Shown here one piece after another: positions 1-15,310 of a DNA stretch of 64,000 nt. The notes under the pieces are model-generated. The model saw only the letters and a list, made by a program, of their open reading frames with translations, was not told the DNA's origin and ran no database searches. Source of the stretch: Paraspadella gotoi (lineage: Eukaryota; Animalia; Chaetognatha); assembly GCA_051294375.1 (NCBI GenBank), contig CM119263.1, forward strand, positions 3,494,785 to 3,558,784. The letters run 5' to 3'. Every line of letters begins with the position of its first letter. Within the stretch, counting starts at the first letter, position 1. The translations under genes and the position numbers were made by a program.

Positions 1-1153
1 CAAGTTAACCCATTTTTGCTGACGAAATAATTGCCAAATTATATTCATCGTCTAACAGTATTATGATGACTTCGACATTTTATTATTTTTTGTTGTGGCG
101 GGAAACAGCATCTTGATAGGTGGAACGGTTTAAGGAGAAAACTATGCATGATCGTTAAATTATTATCCGAATTATTGTTTAATTAATAAATTATGTGATA
201 CTCATGCTACTACAAGTTTTTTGGTAAACGAGTCATAAACGACATGCAAGAAATCAAAGACGACAACGGCGCAGATTGGGTGAGAGTCGTGATGTCGTGA
301 ATGTCACGCGATCAACTCGAGTATCACATTTCTCGTGAAAAAAAATGATGACGCGAGTTTCTTCGTCGGTGAACTTTTTTGGAAGNNNNNNNNNNNNNNN
401 NNNNNNNNNNNNNNNNNNNNNNNNNNNNNNNNNNNNNNNNNNNNNNNNNNNNNNNNNNNNNNNNNNNNNNNNNNNNNNNNNNNNNNNNNNNNNNNNNNNN
501 NNNNNNNNNNNNNNNNNNNNNNNNNNNNNNNNNNNNNNNNNNNNNNNNNNNNNNNNNNNNNNNNNNNNNNNNNNNNNNNNNNNNNNNNNNNNNNNNNNNN
601 NNNNNNNNNNNNNNNNNNNNNNNNNNNNNNNNNNNNNNNNNNNNNNNNNNNCCGAGGTTTTTTTACGACGACGTAGGACGGAATAATAACGACGAAATCT
701 CCACAAACGCGACGCGTCCCGGCTGCGCGCCTGTTACGCGCCTTTTGTTCGCCTGTTGGGCGCCTCGCGTGTTTTTTTTTTAGTTCCGACGTCGCTGCCG
801 ACACAGCTGCTGAAGCTGCCGACGCCGCTGCCGATGCCGGTTTTTTTTCTCGGTGGCGCTAATTACCTTTGTTAAACGGACGAAATGAAAACGAGGAGAA
901 AAAACAATAATTTTTGGCCGAAGAGGCGATAAAATGGACAAAAGGGGGAATAAAATGGACATGGAAACGGAATGAAAAGGAGCTGGGAGAAAAAAAGAAT
1001 TACGCTAAAGAAAAAAGTTTTGAAAGTATGAAAGGCATATTTTCTAAGCTACTCATTTCTGACATAGTATTTCTCATTTTTCGGGTTTAGGTCCGAGAAT
1101 TTACTTTTATTATTCATGGTTCATTTAAATTTAAATTTTAATTCAAATATTTT

Positions 1154-1257
1154 ATATCAACCAAATCTTTCATATCACCCAAATCTTTCATATCAACCAA
1201 ATCTTTCATATGAAACAAATATTTCATATCAACTAAATCTTTCATATCAACTAAATC
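1154..1257. repeat. 18-bp minisatellite, ~6 copies
   Basis: Unit ATATCAACCAAATCTTTC repeated with small variations. Confidence 0.9.
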
Positions 1258-2174
1258 CTGTTTTCAACTCTTCATTCTCAACCAAATTCTCATTCAAATG
1301 AAAATCATTCAAAATTAAACTTACCCTCTTTTTTTTTCCTTTTTTATTTTTCGTTTCCTTAATCGATTAAGAAATTTGAGGTTTTTTTTAATCCGAACAA
1401 AAGTGAAATTAAAAACGATGACGACGACGAAAATGATTGACAACGATGATGACGATGACGATGACGATGAATGATGACGCCGACGAAGAAAAAGATGACG
1501 ATGACAAATCGATTTTATTCAATTTTTATTCCCAAAAATATCAATTCTAGATTTTTGAGGTTTTTTTTTCCGATTTTTTATTTTTTTATGGACGGAAGAT
1601 CAAAAGATTCCGATGACTTAACCGACTNNNNNNNNNNAAGGAACTAAATCACGGGAAATATTTTAAATTTTGAATTTTGGCGCTCGAATCGGCGTTGAAA
1701 ATGGTAGTGAAAGAGCGTCTAAAATGGCGTTCCGACTCGCGTGACCCGTCGTTGCAGATGGCGTTTGCGATTCTCGATGACGATTCAGCAGGTGAGGTTA
1801 TTAAATCCAGAGGACGAGGTGAGGCGAAGCGGGTCACTTGACTCGTCCGGGTCGGGTTATTTCGATGTGTCAAGATGATCGGGTAAGTTGGGGTAAGGGC
1901 CGAGGCGGTTGGCGAACAGATTCCTTTTATGACGTCAGAGTGGATGAAAGGAGACAGACTGTTGGTTCTGTCCTAAAAAGGGGAAAGTAAATGTAAAATA
2001 TCAAAACTCTACTTTTATAAACATATGTAGTATATAAATTCCAAGTGATAAATGTAAACGATCGAAAAAAAGGCGAATGAATAAAGTAAACATTATTGAC
2101 GACGACGACGACGACGAGCTGTCGATTGATTTTCTTGACATCAGCGAAGCGAAGACGATTTGATTGGAATTTCG

Positions 2175-2242
<68 letters not shown>

Positions 2243-2279
2243 AGTAGAGAGAGAGAGAGAGGAGAGGAAGAGAGAGAGA
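2175..2279. repeat. (GA)n microsatellite, representative of many GA/TC tracts (e.g. 5130-5197, 15232-15313, 15875-15973, 17336-17414, 18680-18771, 28300-28370)
   Basis: Directly visible. Confidence 0.95.
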
Positions 2280-3211
2280 TTTAAGCGGATTTCGTGATCG
2301 TGTACAAAGACAAAAACGGGTCCGAGCCAAAAAGGGGAAGCAGAAGGAAAAAAAGGTGGGAAAGAAAAAGAAAAAAACAAAAAACAATTTTCTCTTTTAT
2401 CATCAGAATAATTTTTTGTCGCGAAATCGAGGCTTTTGGTCGTCGTCGTTGTTGTTGTTGTTGTTGTTGCTGTTTTTTGCTTTCTTTGTTGTTAATAAAA
2501 TTTGTATCCAATTAACCATAAATATTATCGATAAATATGTTACCTTTTTGTTATTCTGCCGCAGAAAGGTAGCCGTTTGACAGTGACCGAAACCCCTCCG
2601 CCAAAAAAGGATGAACTGAACTTGTTTACCCATAATTTAAATTTGTTTGGAATAAACATGTTACATTTAGTTATGTTGTCATACACACCAAAAAAATTAT
2701 CTCAAAAAGCTCTCGATCAAAAACCCGACGACCTCTAGATGTCGCGACCTTCTTACGCAACGTCGTTCTCTCGTTTCCGCCCGAAATTCCGCGACGTCAA
2801 CGACCCCAATGACCCCAATGACCCCAATGACCCGATTACGACCCATTCGTGACTTTTTCTTNNNNNNNNNNNNNNNNNNNNNTCTCGTCAACTTTTTAGT
2901 TTTCGTTTAGATTTTTTTTCGCGGGATAACGAAAGATGAAAGAGAAGCCGTAGAATAAAGCAATATTTAATAAATAAATATGTAATATCAAATATTTAAA
3001 ATGACGTTAATAAATATCGGTTTGTGTTTATGTTGTCGTTGTTAATGCCGTTGTTGTCGTTGTCGTAGAGAGATTTTTTCGTGCCTCAGTTGGACGCGAG
3101 GTCACGTATCTGTTTACATCAACCGGGACACGTCTCGCGCATAAATTTATGACCAAGTTCAAACTTCGAACGGACGTGAAAACTGAATCGCGTGAAAATC
3201 GAATAGCGAGA

Positions 3212-3265
3212 GTCACGTGACCCGTGTATCGTTGTCACGTGACCCAAACCGCGTTGTCACGTGAC
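3212..3265. promoter_or_regulatory. Three perfect GTCACGTGAC palindromes (CLEAR/E-box type) at a 22-bp period
   Basis: Copies at 3212-3221, 3234-3243 and 3256-3265. Function is inferred only. Confidence 0.45.
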
Positions 3266-5128
3266 GGATATCACCGACGATATCTTTCGATCGAAATTTT
3301 TAAACCAAATTTCGCGCCTTCGAATACGAAAGGAAAAAAGAAAACAACCGAAAAGTGAAAATCGTTTCATTCGCGTCTCTGTCTCTGTCTGAGTTTAGTC
3401 TCTATCCAAATATAAACCTCAGTCCAAGTCTGATATTCAATCTCATTCTCAGTCCAAATCTTTATCTCTGAGTCCGAGTCTTATTATCAATCCCAGACTT
3501 AGTCTGACTTAGTAGTCTCAATCCAATAGTTTTCAAATTTCTTTCTTTGATTTGTCGACGTTCAAATAAGTTGGAGCAAACATCGTCGGATCTGCCGAAC
3601 AATATTTATTCTTAGATGTTTTAAAAAAACCAACCAACCCGACCAACGATCCAGGCGACCGACCCGACCGACCAAACGACCGACCGAGCCAATAGTGTCG
3701 ACTGAAACAGATCCGACTGAAAAAAAAAGCGGGAAATTTCTCTCCGTTTTTCTCTCGCGTTAAAATCGTGATTTTAAATCTTTGATTCTCGATCGAAATG
3801 ACGAGAATGAAGATCGAATTGCAGATGGACGAAGAAAAACGATTGCAAACGAAGCGTTGAGATCGAGTTGCGAGATTGCAATGAGATTGCATTGAGATTG
3901 CATCGAGGTTGTAGTGAGATTGCAATGAGATGGTTGTTGTGATTGCCGTCGTTCTGTCCCGCTAACGTTGTGTGAATGTATTGTTAATTTTAAGTTGTAA
4001 AGAAGAATTTATTAATAGTCTATAGATTTTAAAATACACTGATCAAAATATTATTAACGATTTTTGAAAGTAGTTGAAAAAATTGAAAAAAAAAAAATCG
4101 AGATTCGTAAAAATCAGAAAATCTGAAATGGAACGCGATGTGAATTCGAAGAACGAATGCGTCACGAGATCAAAGGGAAACCGAAACGCGGATTAAAGCG
4201 TCGCTAAGCAACCGTGAGACGCGCGGGAGTGGGGGAGGGANNNNNNNNNNAGGACCGACATCGGGTCTTCGACGGGAATCGAAAAGAGATGGAGACATCA
4301 ATCATCCAGTGTCATGTCAATCCGGTTGAAGTCAGAGGGAAGAATTCGTTGCCATGTCATCCCATGTCGTGTCATGTTAGGATACGTCTCTAAATATATT
4401 ATTTCATCCAATGTAATTTGAAATCTTAAGTTGAAGCGATCGAAAGTTTAAAGACGTGAAGCGAATTTGATGATTGATGGATGTCAAGAATTTGTCAACA
4501 GAATTTGATGACAGATTTAAGACAAAGTAGCGACGTTTTTATTTTCATTGCGTTGTAACGTTTTTTAATTCGAACGGAATAAAGACAGAGAGAGAGAGAG
4601 CGAGAGAGAGAGAGAGAGACTTTTCTCGAGCAGACGCGATTGAACTTTTTTTTTTCGAATTAAAAAAAATTGTCGATGTTTTCTTTTTCGTATCATCGTC
4701 CTCGTCGTCGTCGTCGTAGTCGTCGCCCTCTTTTTCGTCGTCGTCGTTATCGTCGTCGTCGCCACCGTCACTTTCGTCAATGATTTTTTTCGAAAATCAA
4801 AATTCGTAGGTGGCGTCGAAAGATTTCCGCAACTTTCGCTTTTTAATCCTTTTTCGGTAAAGTGGAATCGAAACTTGTAGGCGCCACCTAGAAGGAAAGT
4901 CAAATGATGAAACGAGGAAGGTTAATCCACGAAACTTGAACCGCTTCGGCGGAGAAAGAGAGAGATGAGAACGAGAGAGAGAGAGAGAGAGAGTAATTTT
5001 ATTCTTAAAAAATTGTATCTTATCGTTCGAAAGAACTGTTATTACTTTCTTTCTCATTAGTTTTGATAAGACTAAGTAAAAACATAAAAAAATTCCAGAC
5101 TGACAGTGATAGAGTCAGTCCCCCCCCC

Positions 5129-5197
<69 letters not shown>

Positions 5198-6267
5198 ACT
5201 CTTCATTAATACGAAATTAGGGCGAAAGAAACAGAAAACATTTTTACCGCGAAAAACGCAGGAAACGAGACATCGTGACCTTAAACAATTTATAAAAATG
5301 ATAAATTAAATTACAAATAACATAGTTAAATAAGAAAATGATTTTATTAAAAGATCTGTTAAGTTAAAATATATAATATAAATTGATAATTAATACCGTG
5401 AAGCTGTTAACATAATTCTATAAATTTTTATCCATCAGGGTTCCCTGTGCATTATTTATCAAGATTACAATTTCTATGGGCTAGTCATTCACATAGACAT
5501 TATTTAAAAACCCAAAGGTGGCGTCAGTCGCTTTGTGATCTCTAACAGGAATTACTCGACCTAATTATTGCTAAGACCAGGAGTCCTGCGAATGAGCATA
5601 TTAAAAGAACGACAAAAAGCGTGCTAAAACGGAATCGCATCGAGGTTAACTGTGAAACGCCTTAACAGCCCCTTCACGCCCAGAATAACGTCACGGCGCA
5701 ACCCCGGAGAAGCCACGACCTGAGCCCAGGCCGCTCGACCTTTGAGCTTTCCATTCAGGACTGCTCTCACCTGGTACCCTCCGTCCAACACCTCCCGCCG
5801 CAAAACCCCCTACCGCCCTTACGGGCTCGGTGAGCCCTTCCAACTCCCCACCCAAAACCCAGGCCCATCGCCTTCTCGGTAAACCCAACCTCCAACCCAC
5901 ACTTCCTATTACCGTTGGCTTCATCGTGCCTTCGGGTTCCTTATAACCCTCTCTAATAACTCGTTGTCCACGCTCTGCGCGCATTGTGTGCAACTTATGA
6001 GTACGAAAGAATCCGCATTCGACTCGATGTGAGGGAGAGAAGACAAGAGATAGAGAAGAGAAGAGAAGAGAGAGAGGAATCAGAGAGAGACAGGAAAGAG
6101 AGAGGAAGAGAGAGGAGAGAGAGAGGAATTAACTGGTTCCGACGAATTTTAATCTTCCTGAAAAAGAGAAGGAATTAAAGTGAAGGAAGAAAAAACTGTG
6201 ATATGAGTAATCCTGTAAAGATGCCAAGCCGACCGATAAATCGTTTGAAAGGGAGAGAGGAAGACAG

Positions 6268-6301
<34 letters not shown>

Positions 6302-6957
6302 CTTGGTCCGAGAATTTAATCTTCCTTTGCCGAAAAAAGAAAGAAGAATAAATAAGAAGGAAAAAAAACTTGTGATTTGGATGAGATAATCGTTAAAGAT
6401 GCGCATCTGTTCGTTAAGCGATTCGTTCATAAGAGTTCGCGTCAATCCAACGGTCTCTCTCTCTTTCTCTCTCTCTCATCTTCTTCTCTCTCTCTTCCTC
6501 TTCTCTCTCTCTCTTCTCTCTCTTTCTCTCTCTTCCTCCTCTCTCTCTATCTCCTCTCTCTCTCTCTCAAACATGTCATTAATGAAAAAAGGAATGTTAA
6601 TAATAATGTTCAAAAAGAAAAAAAAAGTAATTCATGTTATTAATCAAGCTAGAATTACGGAACTCTGACGGCAGTAAACATTGAACAGCAGCCGAGTGCG
6701 AAACAGCAATCGGCATTGGTTCAACTGTATTCGTTCAGCCGCGCTCCAAGATTACAAACCTTCTTTACCTAAACAAGAAGAAAATCTGATTAACGAACTA
6801 AATTCGTAGGAAAGAGAAAAAGGTTTTCTTTTTTGACTGACAACTGAAAAAAAAGTGGGTGCTAATGAATTTTTAAGTAAGTTAAGGTGAGAAAGAAAGA
6901 GAGAATGAAAGAGAGAAAGAAATAAAGAAAGAAAGAGAGAAAGAGAGAAAGTAAGAG

Positions 6958-7048
<91 letters not shown>

Positions 7049-7049
7049 A
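6958..7049. repeat. (GAAA)n microsatellite (others at 9013-9106, 14843-14933, 33710-33880)
   Basis: Directly visible. Confidence 0.95.
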
Positions 7050-9014
7050 ACGATAAGTAACCTACTAAAAAGAAGTCATTTTGAACAATAGTCATATTGA
7101 CTGGAAGACGAAAGACCCCGCGCATAATGAGGTCGGCCAAGGAAGAAAAAGTAGAGCGAAAATGGAGAAAAATGAACAAAGAAAAATGAATAGGAAAGAA
7201 TCAATACTGAACTGATGATTTAAGCACTAAAACTAAAACACAAACAAAAAATGAACTTTAAAGTTAACCGATAAAAATGATAAAAAATAAATAAATATAA
7301 ATTATACTTAATAAACTGGATATTGTTCTCTTTTAAAATTATTTTTCTAAAACAGAGAGATGTTGATTAATGTAGAAAAGATATATCTAAATAAAAGGAG
7401 AAAAAAAAAAACAGGATGGGCGACATACGTAATTATTTCAAAACAATCACGAAGGAATTCGAGAACAAAGTGCTTTATAATCTGTTATAAATCCTATCAA
7501 ATTTTAACTAAATCTCATTAAATCTGATTAAATCTGATTAAATCCTATATAATCGTTGCTCATCAATCGCGACACGAGATTTGAATTGAATCCCGGGAGA
7601 ATCTCGAACGGGAAGGTGTGGTATTTGAGATCGTGGATCGTGGAGTGTGGAGTTTGGATGGTGGTGTCTGGCCGGTGGACTGTGGACTGAGGACTGCGGC
7701 CTTGAAGAAAATAAGTTGAGATTTCAAATGACTGAAAAAATAGAATAATAAAATAACGAAGGTTTAATTTTATTTTCGGCAATTTGATTAGAGCCGAATC
7801 ATGTGATAATGTAAATTAAAATTCAAAATGCCGTAGCCGAATACGAAATTAAAACCGTCACTCTAAATCTTTATCCTAAAAAAGCCAACAGAAACACTCT
7901 AATAAGCAACACCCTAATCTGACCGATGATTTGTTTCCGCAGTTTTGAATCTCGACACAAAGAAAAAAAGTTGAGGCACCGAAAGAATCGATCACGTGAC
8001 GACTCGAGCGTAAACAAAACAAAAACAAAACAAAAACAAAGAAAAACATTTCACTTCGAGACAAGAGACGTGAAAGTTGGGAATTTGAAAAAAAAAGTGA
8101 CAAGAAACAAACTACGTCAGTTTGTTTCGTGGTTTGTTTCGTCAAAACAAAACGGACGAGGTCGACAACGACAACAACAGTTTTCCATCCCGATTCCAAT
8201 GTCGCGATAAGAAACGACATTGACCCAAATAACAACAACAACGACAACGGCAACGGAGACGACAAAAAAAAGTCACGTGATTCTGTTCCGTCGACCTTTG
8301 ACCTCGAGCTGATTAAACGGCCCATGAGAGGCGGGTATGAGGCCGCTATGTGTCGGGTATGGAGCGAGTATGCCGCTATGTGCCGATAAAAGGGCAGGCA
8401 TGTCGACGACTGTCGATTCTGTTTGCGCCAAAATATTCGTTGACAGAAAAGAAAAAAATAGTAGATTTTTAAAATAACTTGAAGAGATTTTGGTTTTGGC
8501 GAAGTTAGTGAAATAATTGATAATTATTATTATTTTAAAGTTTTATAGTTTCTGAAGGAGAGAGTTTTTCGCACGAAGGTCGTTTTCAATTAACATCAGA
8601 ATATCCGAGTTATTTTTAGAAGCGGACTTTCGCAAGTCTTCAAAGTCCGCTTATTGGCGATTTAAAATATATTTTAAATTTATGAAGGCCTATACATACA
8701 CGTTTGGCAAATTTGTTTTGTATTCTAAAATTGAGAGCTCAGTTGAAGTTAATATAATTTTTTCATTACAATACGACGAAGTGAGTTTGAACTGGTAACC
8801 ATTCAGACTGGTCCAGATTTGTTTAAAAAACCGGAGGAAAAAGTGTTTGAGTCGAATTGAAGATCAGTTTTAATTATCCAAGTTTTTTTTCGCGTTAAGA
8901 AAGTTGAAAAAAAAAGTTTTAAAATATCGTTAAAGAAAAAGTATGATTTTGTTGTAACAGTTCCAGTCGGGTCCACGTGCAACGTAAAAAGAAAGAGAGA
9001 GAAAGAAATAACGA

Positions 9015-9106
<92 letters not shown>

Positions 9107-11831
9107 AAAAAAAACCCGTTTGATGCTGATTTTCAAATTATAAGAAATATATTTTTTTTTCAAATATTATTTTATTATTTTCTAATTGTTTTATTCTTTT
9201 TTTCCTCTTTTTATTTCTGATTTTTTCAGGAAAATAATTTTCTTTCTTNNNNNNNNNNNNNNNNNNNNNNNNNAGAGAGAGAGAGATAGAGATGAACACC
9301 ACCATACAGTATATAGCGTAGGTCAGTGTCGCTATACTGTCTAATGTGATAAGAGAATTTCTCGCGGATTCTCACTCGTCAGTAACATCACGAGAGAGTC
9401 AGTTAAGGTTCAGCAGAGTGTGTCTATTGAGTTGATCACGTTCTTCTTAGTCTCATGACCTTATATACTCGCGATCAGTTTTTTATCATCAGCTCAGGCG
9501 CCTCTAGCCCCCTAACTCGCCACCATGTCTAAATTGCAAGCGCCAGAGTAATCTGGGTTTGACGGTGCGCAAACTTCATTTAATGACATTGAACTCATAA
9601 CACGACAAATCAAACGTAAGAACGTCCGGAGTCCCATAGAATGTTAGCTACTAAGAGGCACCAATGACGTACGCTTCTCACGACATGGGTCGAAGGAATA
9701 TAACACTAAAGAGTATCAACAAGAGAGAACCATATGGCACGAATATAATTATATATACAACATATTTAATCTTGCCGTAGCAGATTTGCGGTTAGGGTAT
9801 ATTTTACTTACCCTTCCATATGCCAGGCGCTTTCCCTGTCCCAACCCTCCGAAATCGTCAGAGAGAGCACTGAGAGGGAAGCATTAGTGGATAGCCTGCG
9901 ATTGTATTATAGGGCGCGGGAGGCGACAAAAGTGAGGGCAACATGAGAGAAGTTAGAGAGGAGAGGCACGTTTTATTAGAAGGACAGCAGTGGAAAAATA
10001 ACGCAACTGTATGACTTGAGAGTCTGAGAGAATTGACTGACCTCTCAAACATCTGTATCACACCCATAAATAGGAATAACTGATCGTGTATATGAATGAT
10101 ATGTATGATCCACGATTTACAAATGTATTATACATTTATTACAGGAATGAGATATGTGTTCATTTACTCTGTCGAGAGATATGCCAAAATTTGTATTGGA
10201 AAATGAACGCATACACTATATAGAAGAAAATATTGAAAGAACACGCTATTATATTATTAAATATAAGCAATACACTCTCAAATAAATATAATTAAAGAAC
10301 CTTGAGCACCATGAGATAAATAATAATTTAGTTGTTTTATTAGCTTTATTCTATCGCGAACTTCACTAGATCGCTATTAACGTGGAATAGGCTAGAACAG
10401 GCGAGATCGAGAGATAAGACCATGCACCAAACCACATTAGTATAGCACGAAAATCTAATATCTATATATCAGCTAATCAATATTACAGGAGCTATCAGCA
10501 ATCGCTTCATGGCTATAATTTAATATGAAAGCTGACACCTCACATTTGATTATGGATTGCGAGATGGAATAAAAATAACATATATAAACAATAATAAAAA
10601 CATATACTAGCATAAGTCGTCACGGTAATACTATTTCGTTGAGACTTACTAACGCCTTGTTTAGTAGAAGTTTATGATTTCTCCCTCCTCCCCACACATT
10701 ATAATCTGACCAAATCATTCGTATGCTCACGTGAGTGCACGCTAGCAAGCAGGGCTCAAGGGCAGAATCCTCTCTGCTGAGTGTGTGTCTAAACTCTCCG
10801 GTCGCAGGCATCTTATCTATTAGTTTCATTTTTCTCACTTCGTTCTATGCATACTTATGGTTAGTGTGTACGTCACATCTCAATGCTGCAAACATTGGTT
10901 CTTCCTTGCTGTTTTACTTGATAATGTTTACGACATTTACACTTTCTTTCATAAAGCAGATCTGCAATTACTGTCTGCTGGTTTAATAGTATTATTCTAT
11001 TGTTCCTTGTTATCCTTAACATCCTCTCTCTTTATATTCAATATTTCATCACTTGCCGTCAAGTTATACATTTAATGGTTATTATTATTTTTCATACTCC
11101 TACTAGATAGTAAGCTAAGAAAAGAGGCCATATAGTGGTATCAGACCCGACGCCTGAAATCCCTAGAAGATTAATAGCTAGGTCGGCCGTTCATTTGATA
11201 CAATCACACCCAATCCTTTCAGTCCCCTCATACGTAATACACCAGTGATGTCTTCCTAACTGTTCTCCGAGATACACCCAATAGATAAAAAATGAACCTG
11301 TAGGCTGCGCGGACTGTATTGTATGATAAAGCATCTTCTCTGCACTTATAAACATCTATTAAATTACAATACTATAAATGAGCAGATACGTCGTGATATC
11401 TATAAACTATCTCTCAATAACTCGCTACCTACATGAGATGTGCACGACACGTACAGAGGTGGGGATTCTTACTATGTAGATTACTGACTTATCCGTGTGT
11501 TTTCGCGTTTAGTGCGCAGAGATTATTTGAGTTATTTTTTTGACTGTAAGTCACTTCCTGTATTTTGTCAAGTATTTAATTTTCTTTTTACATGGCTCTT
11601 TAGTTCCCTCTATTCTTTCTTCGATTCACGGTACGCTGATCCAACTATAGCTCTCTCCTCTACTCTTCTCTCTCTCTCTCTCCTCCTCCTCCTCCTTTCA
11701 TCTCTGCATCTCTCTCTCATCTCGTCGTCTCTCTCTCTCTTCCTCGACCTCGATCTTTTCTGTTCTTACGTCCTGTATTTCGCATTCGATTTGATTTTTT
11801 CATGCGATTTGGAGCGAAACAGAAGAAAAAA

Positions 11832-11870
<39 letters not shown>

Positions 11871-14841
11871 CGTTAAGTTGGGAGGAGAGAAATGATAACT
11901 TTACTACAAAGGCGTTTATGATAGAGACGAAAGGGCGAAAGAGTAAGTTATGATAATGTTTTATCACAGTGAGAGAGCATGAACATCAACGTAATATTGA
12001 TTGTGAATGTAATTTCTGTACAATTTTTGTTTTCAGCCGATCGCTTTCTGACATCCTAATTTATATTCTGCTGTAAAACTATATTTCAGGTCGTTTTTAT
12101 TTAATGTATTGTTATATTTAAAATAACTTTCTTTTCTATATAGTTCATTTCAATTACAATTTGGATCTCTGAATAAATCAATTAATGAATGAATGAATTA
12201 ATAAATCAATCAATCAGCCTCTAAACGCCAATCCTTACTCTCGGCCCCGCCACCGCAAACGCGATTATTCCCCGCCGTCCATACGGAGCGGAGGAAGTAA
12301 GGAGGGTAAGTAAATCCCCGCGAATCCTCAGAGAAAAGGTAAGGAACTCATGGCTGCTGCGTGGAACTCGCCGGGGGTCGCTGGCCTCGGTCAGGACTGG
12401 TCACGTGATTGGGTAGGGAATTTAAGAGGGCGAGTAAACAATTGGTTGAAAAGGGGGGTTGAGAGGCCGAGCGAGAAAAAGGTAAGTTTAAATGACTAAG
12501 AAGTAGAGACGACGATGACCACGATGACGATAACGACGATGCTGACGAATCGGATTCCTTATCGCCTGTGACCACTGACCGGTACAGATGGGTTTTCGTT
12601 ATTTGCTAACGATAAGCTTCTATTTGATGTCGATGGCCAAAAAATATGGGGAAGGTTTTCGAATTGCAGATTGATGAAGCAATTCACGGTGCTAAGAACT
12701 TTTTCTATCATCAATCTCCTATATTCATCGATAAAAATGACAACAGATGCAAACAAGAGGGAATAAAATGCAATTATAAAAACAATTTGTGATCTACATT
12801 CTGTATTTTTGGTCCATCGTGATTTCAGAATCGTGACATGATTTATGAGAGGAAACGATTTTAGAATCGATGCCAACTTCGGCTGTGAATGAATGCGTTG
12901 TGAGTCGATGGTTACATTGTTCCTTGTTTTACTCGTTCTTATTCTTCGTTATTTTCTACAATCGCTTGTTCAGTAGTTCTTTAGTTTTTTATAATTTGAA
13001 ATGAAAAGGGTCAGTTTATCCTTAATTAATCCTCTGGCCCACGACGACGACGACGACGACGACTAACAATCTCAAAGAATCGATAAATCCGAAGGCGGAT
13101 TCGAGTCCGAAATCCCCTTGGTAAGTTCAAGGGGAGGTCAGGTCGTTATAGGTCAAGGTGAGGTCGCTCCGGGTCAGGATTCCGAACTGGAGAGAACGTG
13201 AAAAAGTTGATTTTGGGTGAATCATCCGGTGAGGGAATCTATTCGAGAGAGAGAGAGACGACGGTGGACGAGCGATTTGAGGGTCGGAGTTGATGTGGAA
13301 GGAGGCGGGGAAAGGAGGTCATCGTTGTTGTTGTTGTTGTCGTCGTTGGTGTCGTTTCCGTCTTTGTTGTCGGTGATATTGTGGAAGTGGTTTTTCCTGA
13401 GGAATCGACACGAATTCGATTGGTCCCGGTTGATAAAAGTTGTCGTTTTTTAATGATTAATGATGATGATGATGATGATGTGATGATGATGAAGATGATT
13501 AATGATTATGATTAAGTTGTGATGGTTTATTCTCACAAAGATGATAGTCACTTTCAACCAGTTCTACAGATGTCGTCGTTGTTGTTGTCCTCGTTTTTCC
13601 TCTCATATTTTCCCTATAATTTTTTTCCCTACAAAACTCAAACCGAAGCGGAAACTTTGGGCTCCAGTGAATTCGGGTCGTCGCCCGTCGGCCGTGAATC
13701 CCGAACATCACAAGATCGCGTCTCACCGACTTCCTTCGCTTTCACATCCAAAGAGGAATCTTCAGATCTTCCAACTCAGCGTGAGTCCGTCGATGGAGAG
13801 GGGGGGGGCGTTGGAAGGTGGGGGGGGGTGATTCTCCGCTGCCCTCAGCTTCTTCTCTTTTCCACTTTTCACATCTCGAGTTCCACTTTCTTTCCACTTA
13901 GCATCTCGGATCAGTTTTCACTCACCACTCGGTCCATTCACGCTTTCTCACTTTTGATTCGCGCCGTGACTCCTCGAGTCACCGACTTCTCTCGATCCAG
14001 TGACTCTAGTGAGATTTTGACGCCGACGAATTATCTTTAGATATCTAATGTGAATTTGTCAAAGGTGGTTAGGGGCCTTCACGTGAACTTCACGTGATAC
14101 AAATTTAAATAGGGTACAAGACGAAACAATAGAATTGGTAATATAGACAAAAGGTATGAATAAATATAAGCACAGTTAACCCATATTGAGTTAACTTGAA
14201 GTATTTGGTTTTCGATTATATACGAATCTCTTCGCAGACATGTTGTCGGGCATTGCAACATAAGCCTAAAAGCATGATACCTTCCCCGTGAGTCGTAAAT
14301 ACTTAATTAAAAAACTGTTAAATTTATTTATGTCGCAGTATAAGATATATCAGTAGCTTAGTGCTTAGCGAATCAGCTGATCTACGATTGAAAGAAATGG
14401 CCTCAGCTTGGATGTAGACTTCATCTAAATATTGCACCATTGCACGAGTCTTGCATTGGCGTTGAACGATTCAAGAAGAAACTGGAAATTTCTGTCCCCA
14501 ATGGCAAACTGGGTCAGGCAGAGGGGAAGACGTCACAAGGCCTTGATTGATTGATTGGTGAGTTGATTGATGAGTCCAAAGAGAAAACTGGAATCGGTCG
14601 GAATCTTTTCTCCTTTTTCTCTTTGAGGCGAAAAAAAACTTTGACAAGTGAACATCGTTAACAGGGAAAGGGGAGAACGGAAGGCTAATGAAAGATTTTC
14701 TTGACTAATTATGATCTTTTTTTTACCTGAAAATGTAATTTAAGTTTTGCAATTTTTAGCAACAAATCGACAAGACTGAAAACGACCGAAATCAAGACAA
14801 AAATAACAACAACAACAACAACAACGACGAGACGCAAAAAA

Positions 14842-14933
<92 letters not shown>

Positions 14934-15020
14934 AAAAAAAAGAAGCCCGAGTTTCATAAGAAAACAAAATCGAAGATTTCATCGACGCCGGTTCGTCTCT
15001 TCGTCGGATGAAACATGAGC

Positions 15021-15068
<48 letters not shown>

Positions 15069-15231
15069 CGACGATAACAACAACAACAACAACAACAACA
15101 AAAACAACGTTAACGACGCGTCTCATAACGCAACGTCGATCACTTATGAAAAGGGATAATTCGTTTCGTAGGGATTTGTTTCGAGCGGGTAATTTATAAG
15201 ACCGTGAATTGTTTTAAATGTAAACTGAGTC

Positions 15232-15310
<79 letters not shown>

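Noticed and set aside
9273-11700. 2.4-kb stretch of random-looking sequence unlike its surroundings; considered a foreign insertion
   Set aside because: No ORF, terminal repeat or motif. It starts at an N-gap between GA/TC tracts and looks like low-quality raw long-read fill.
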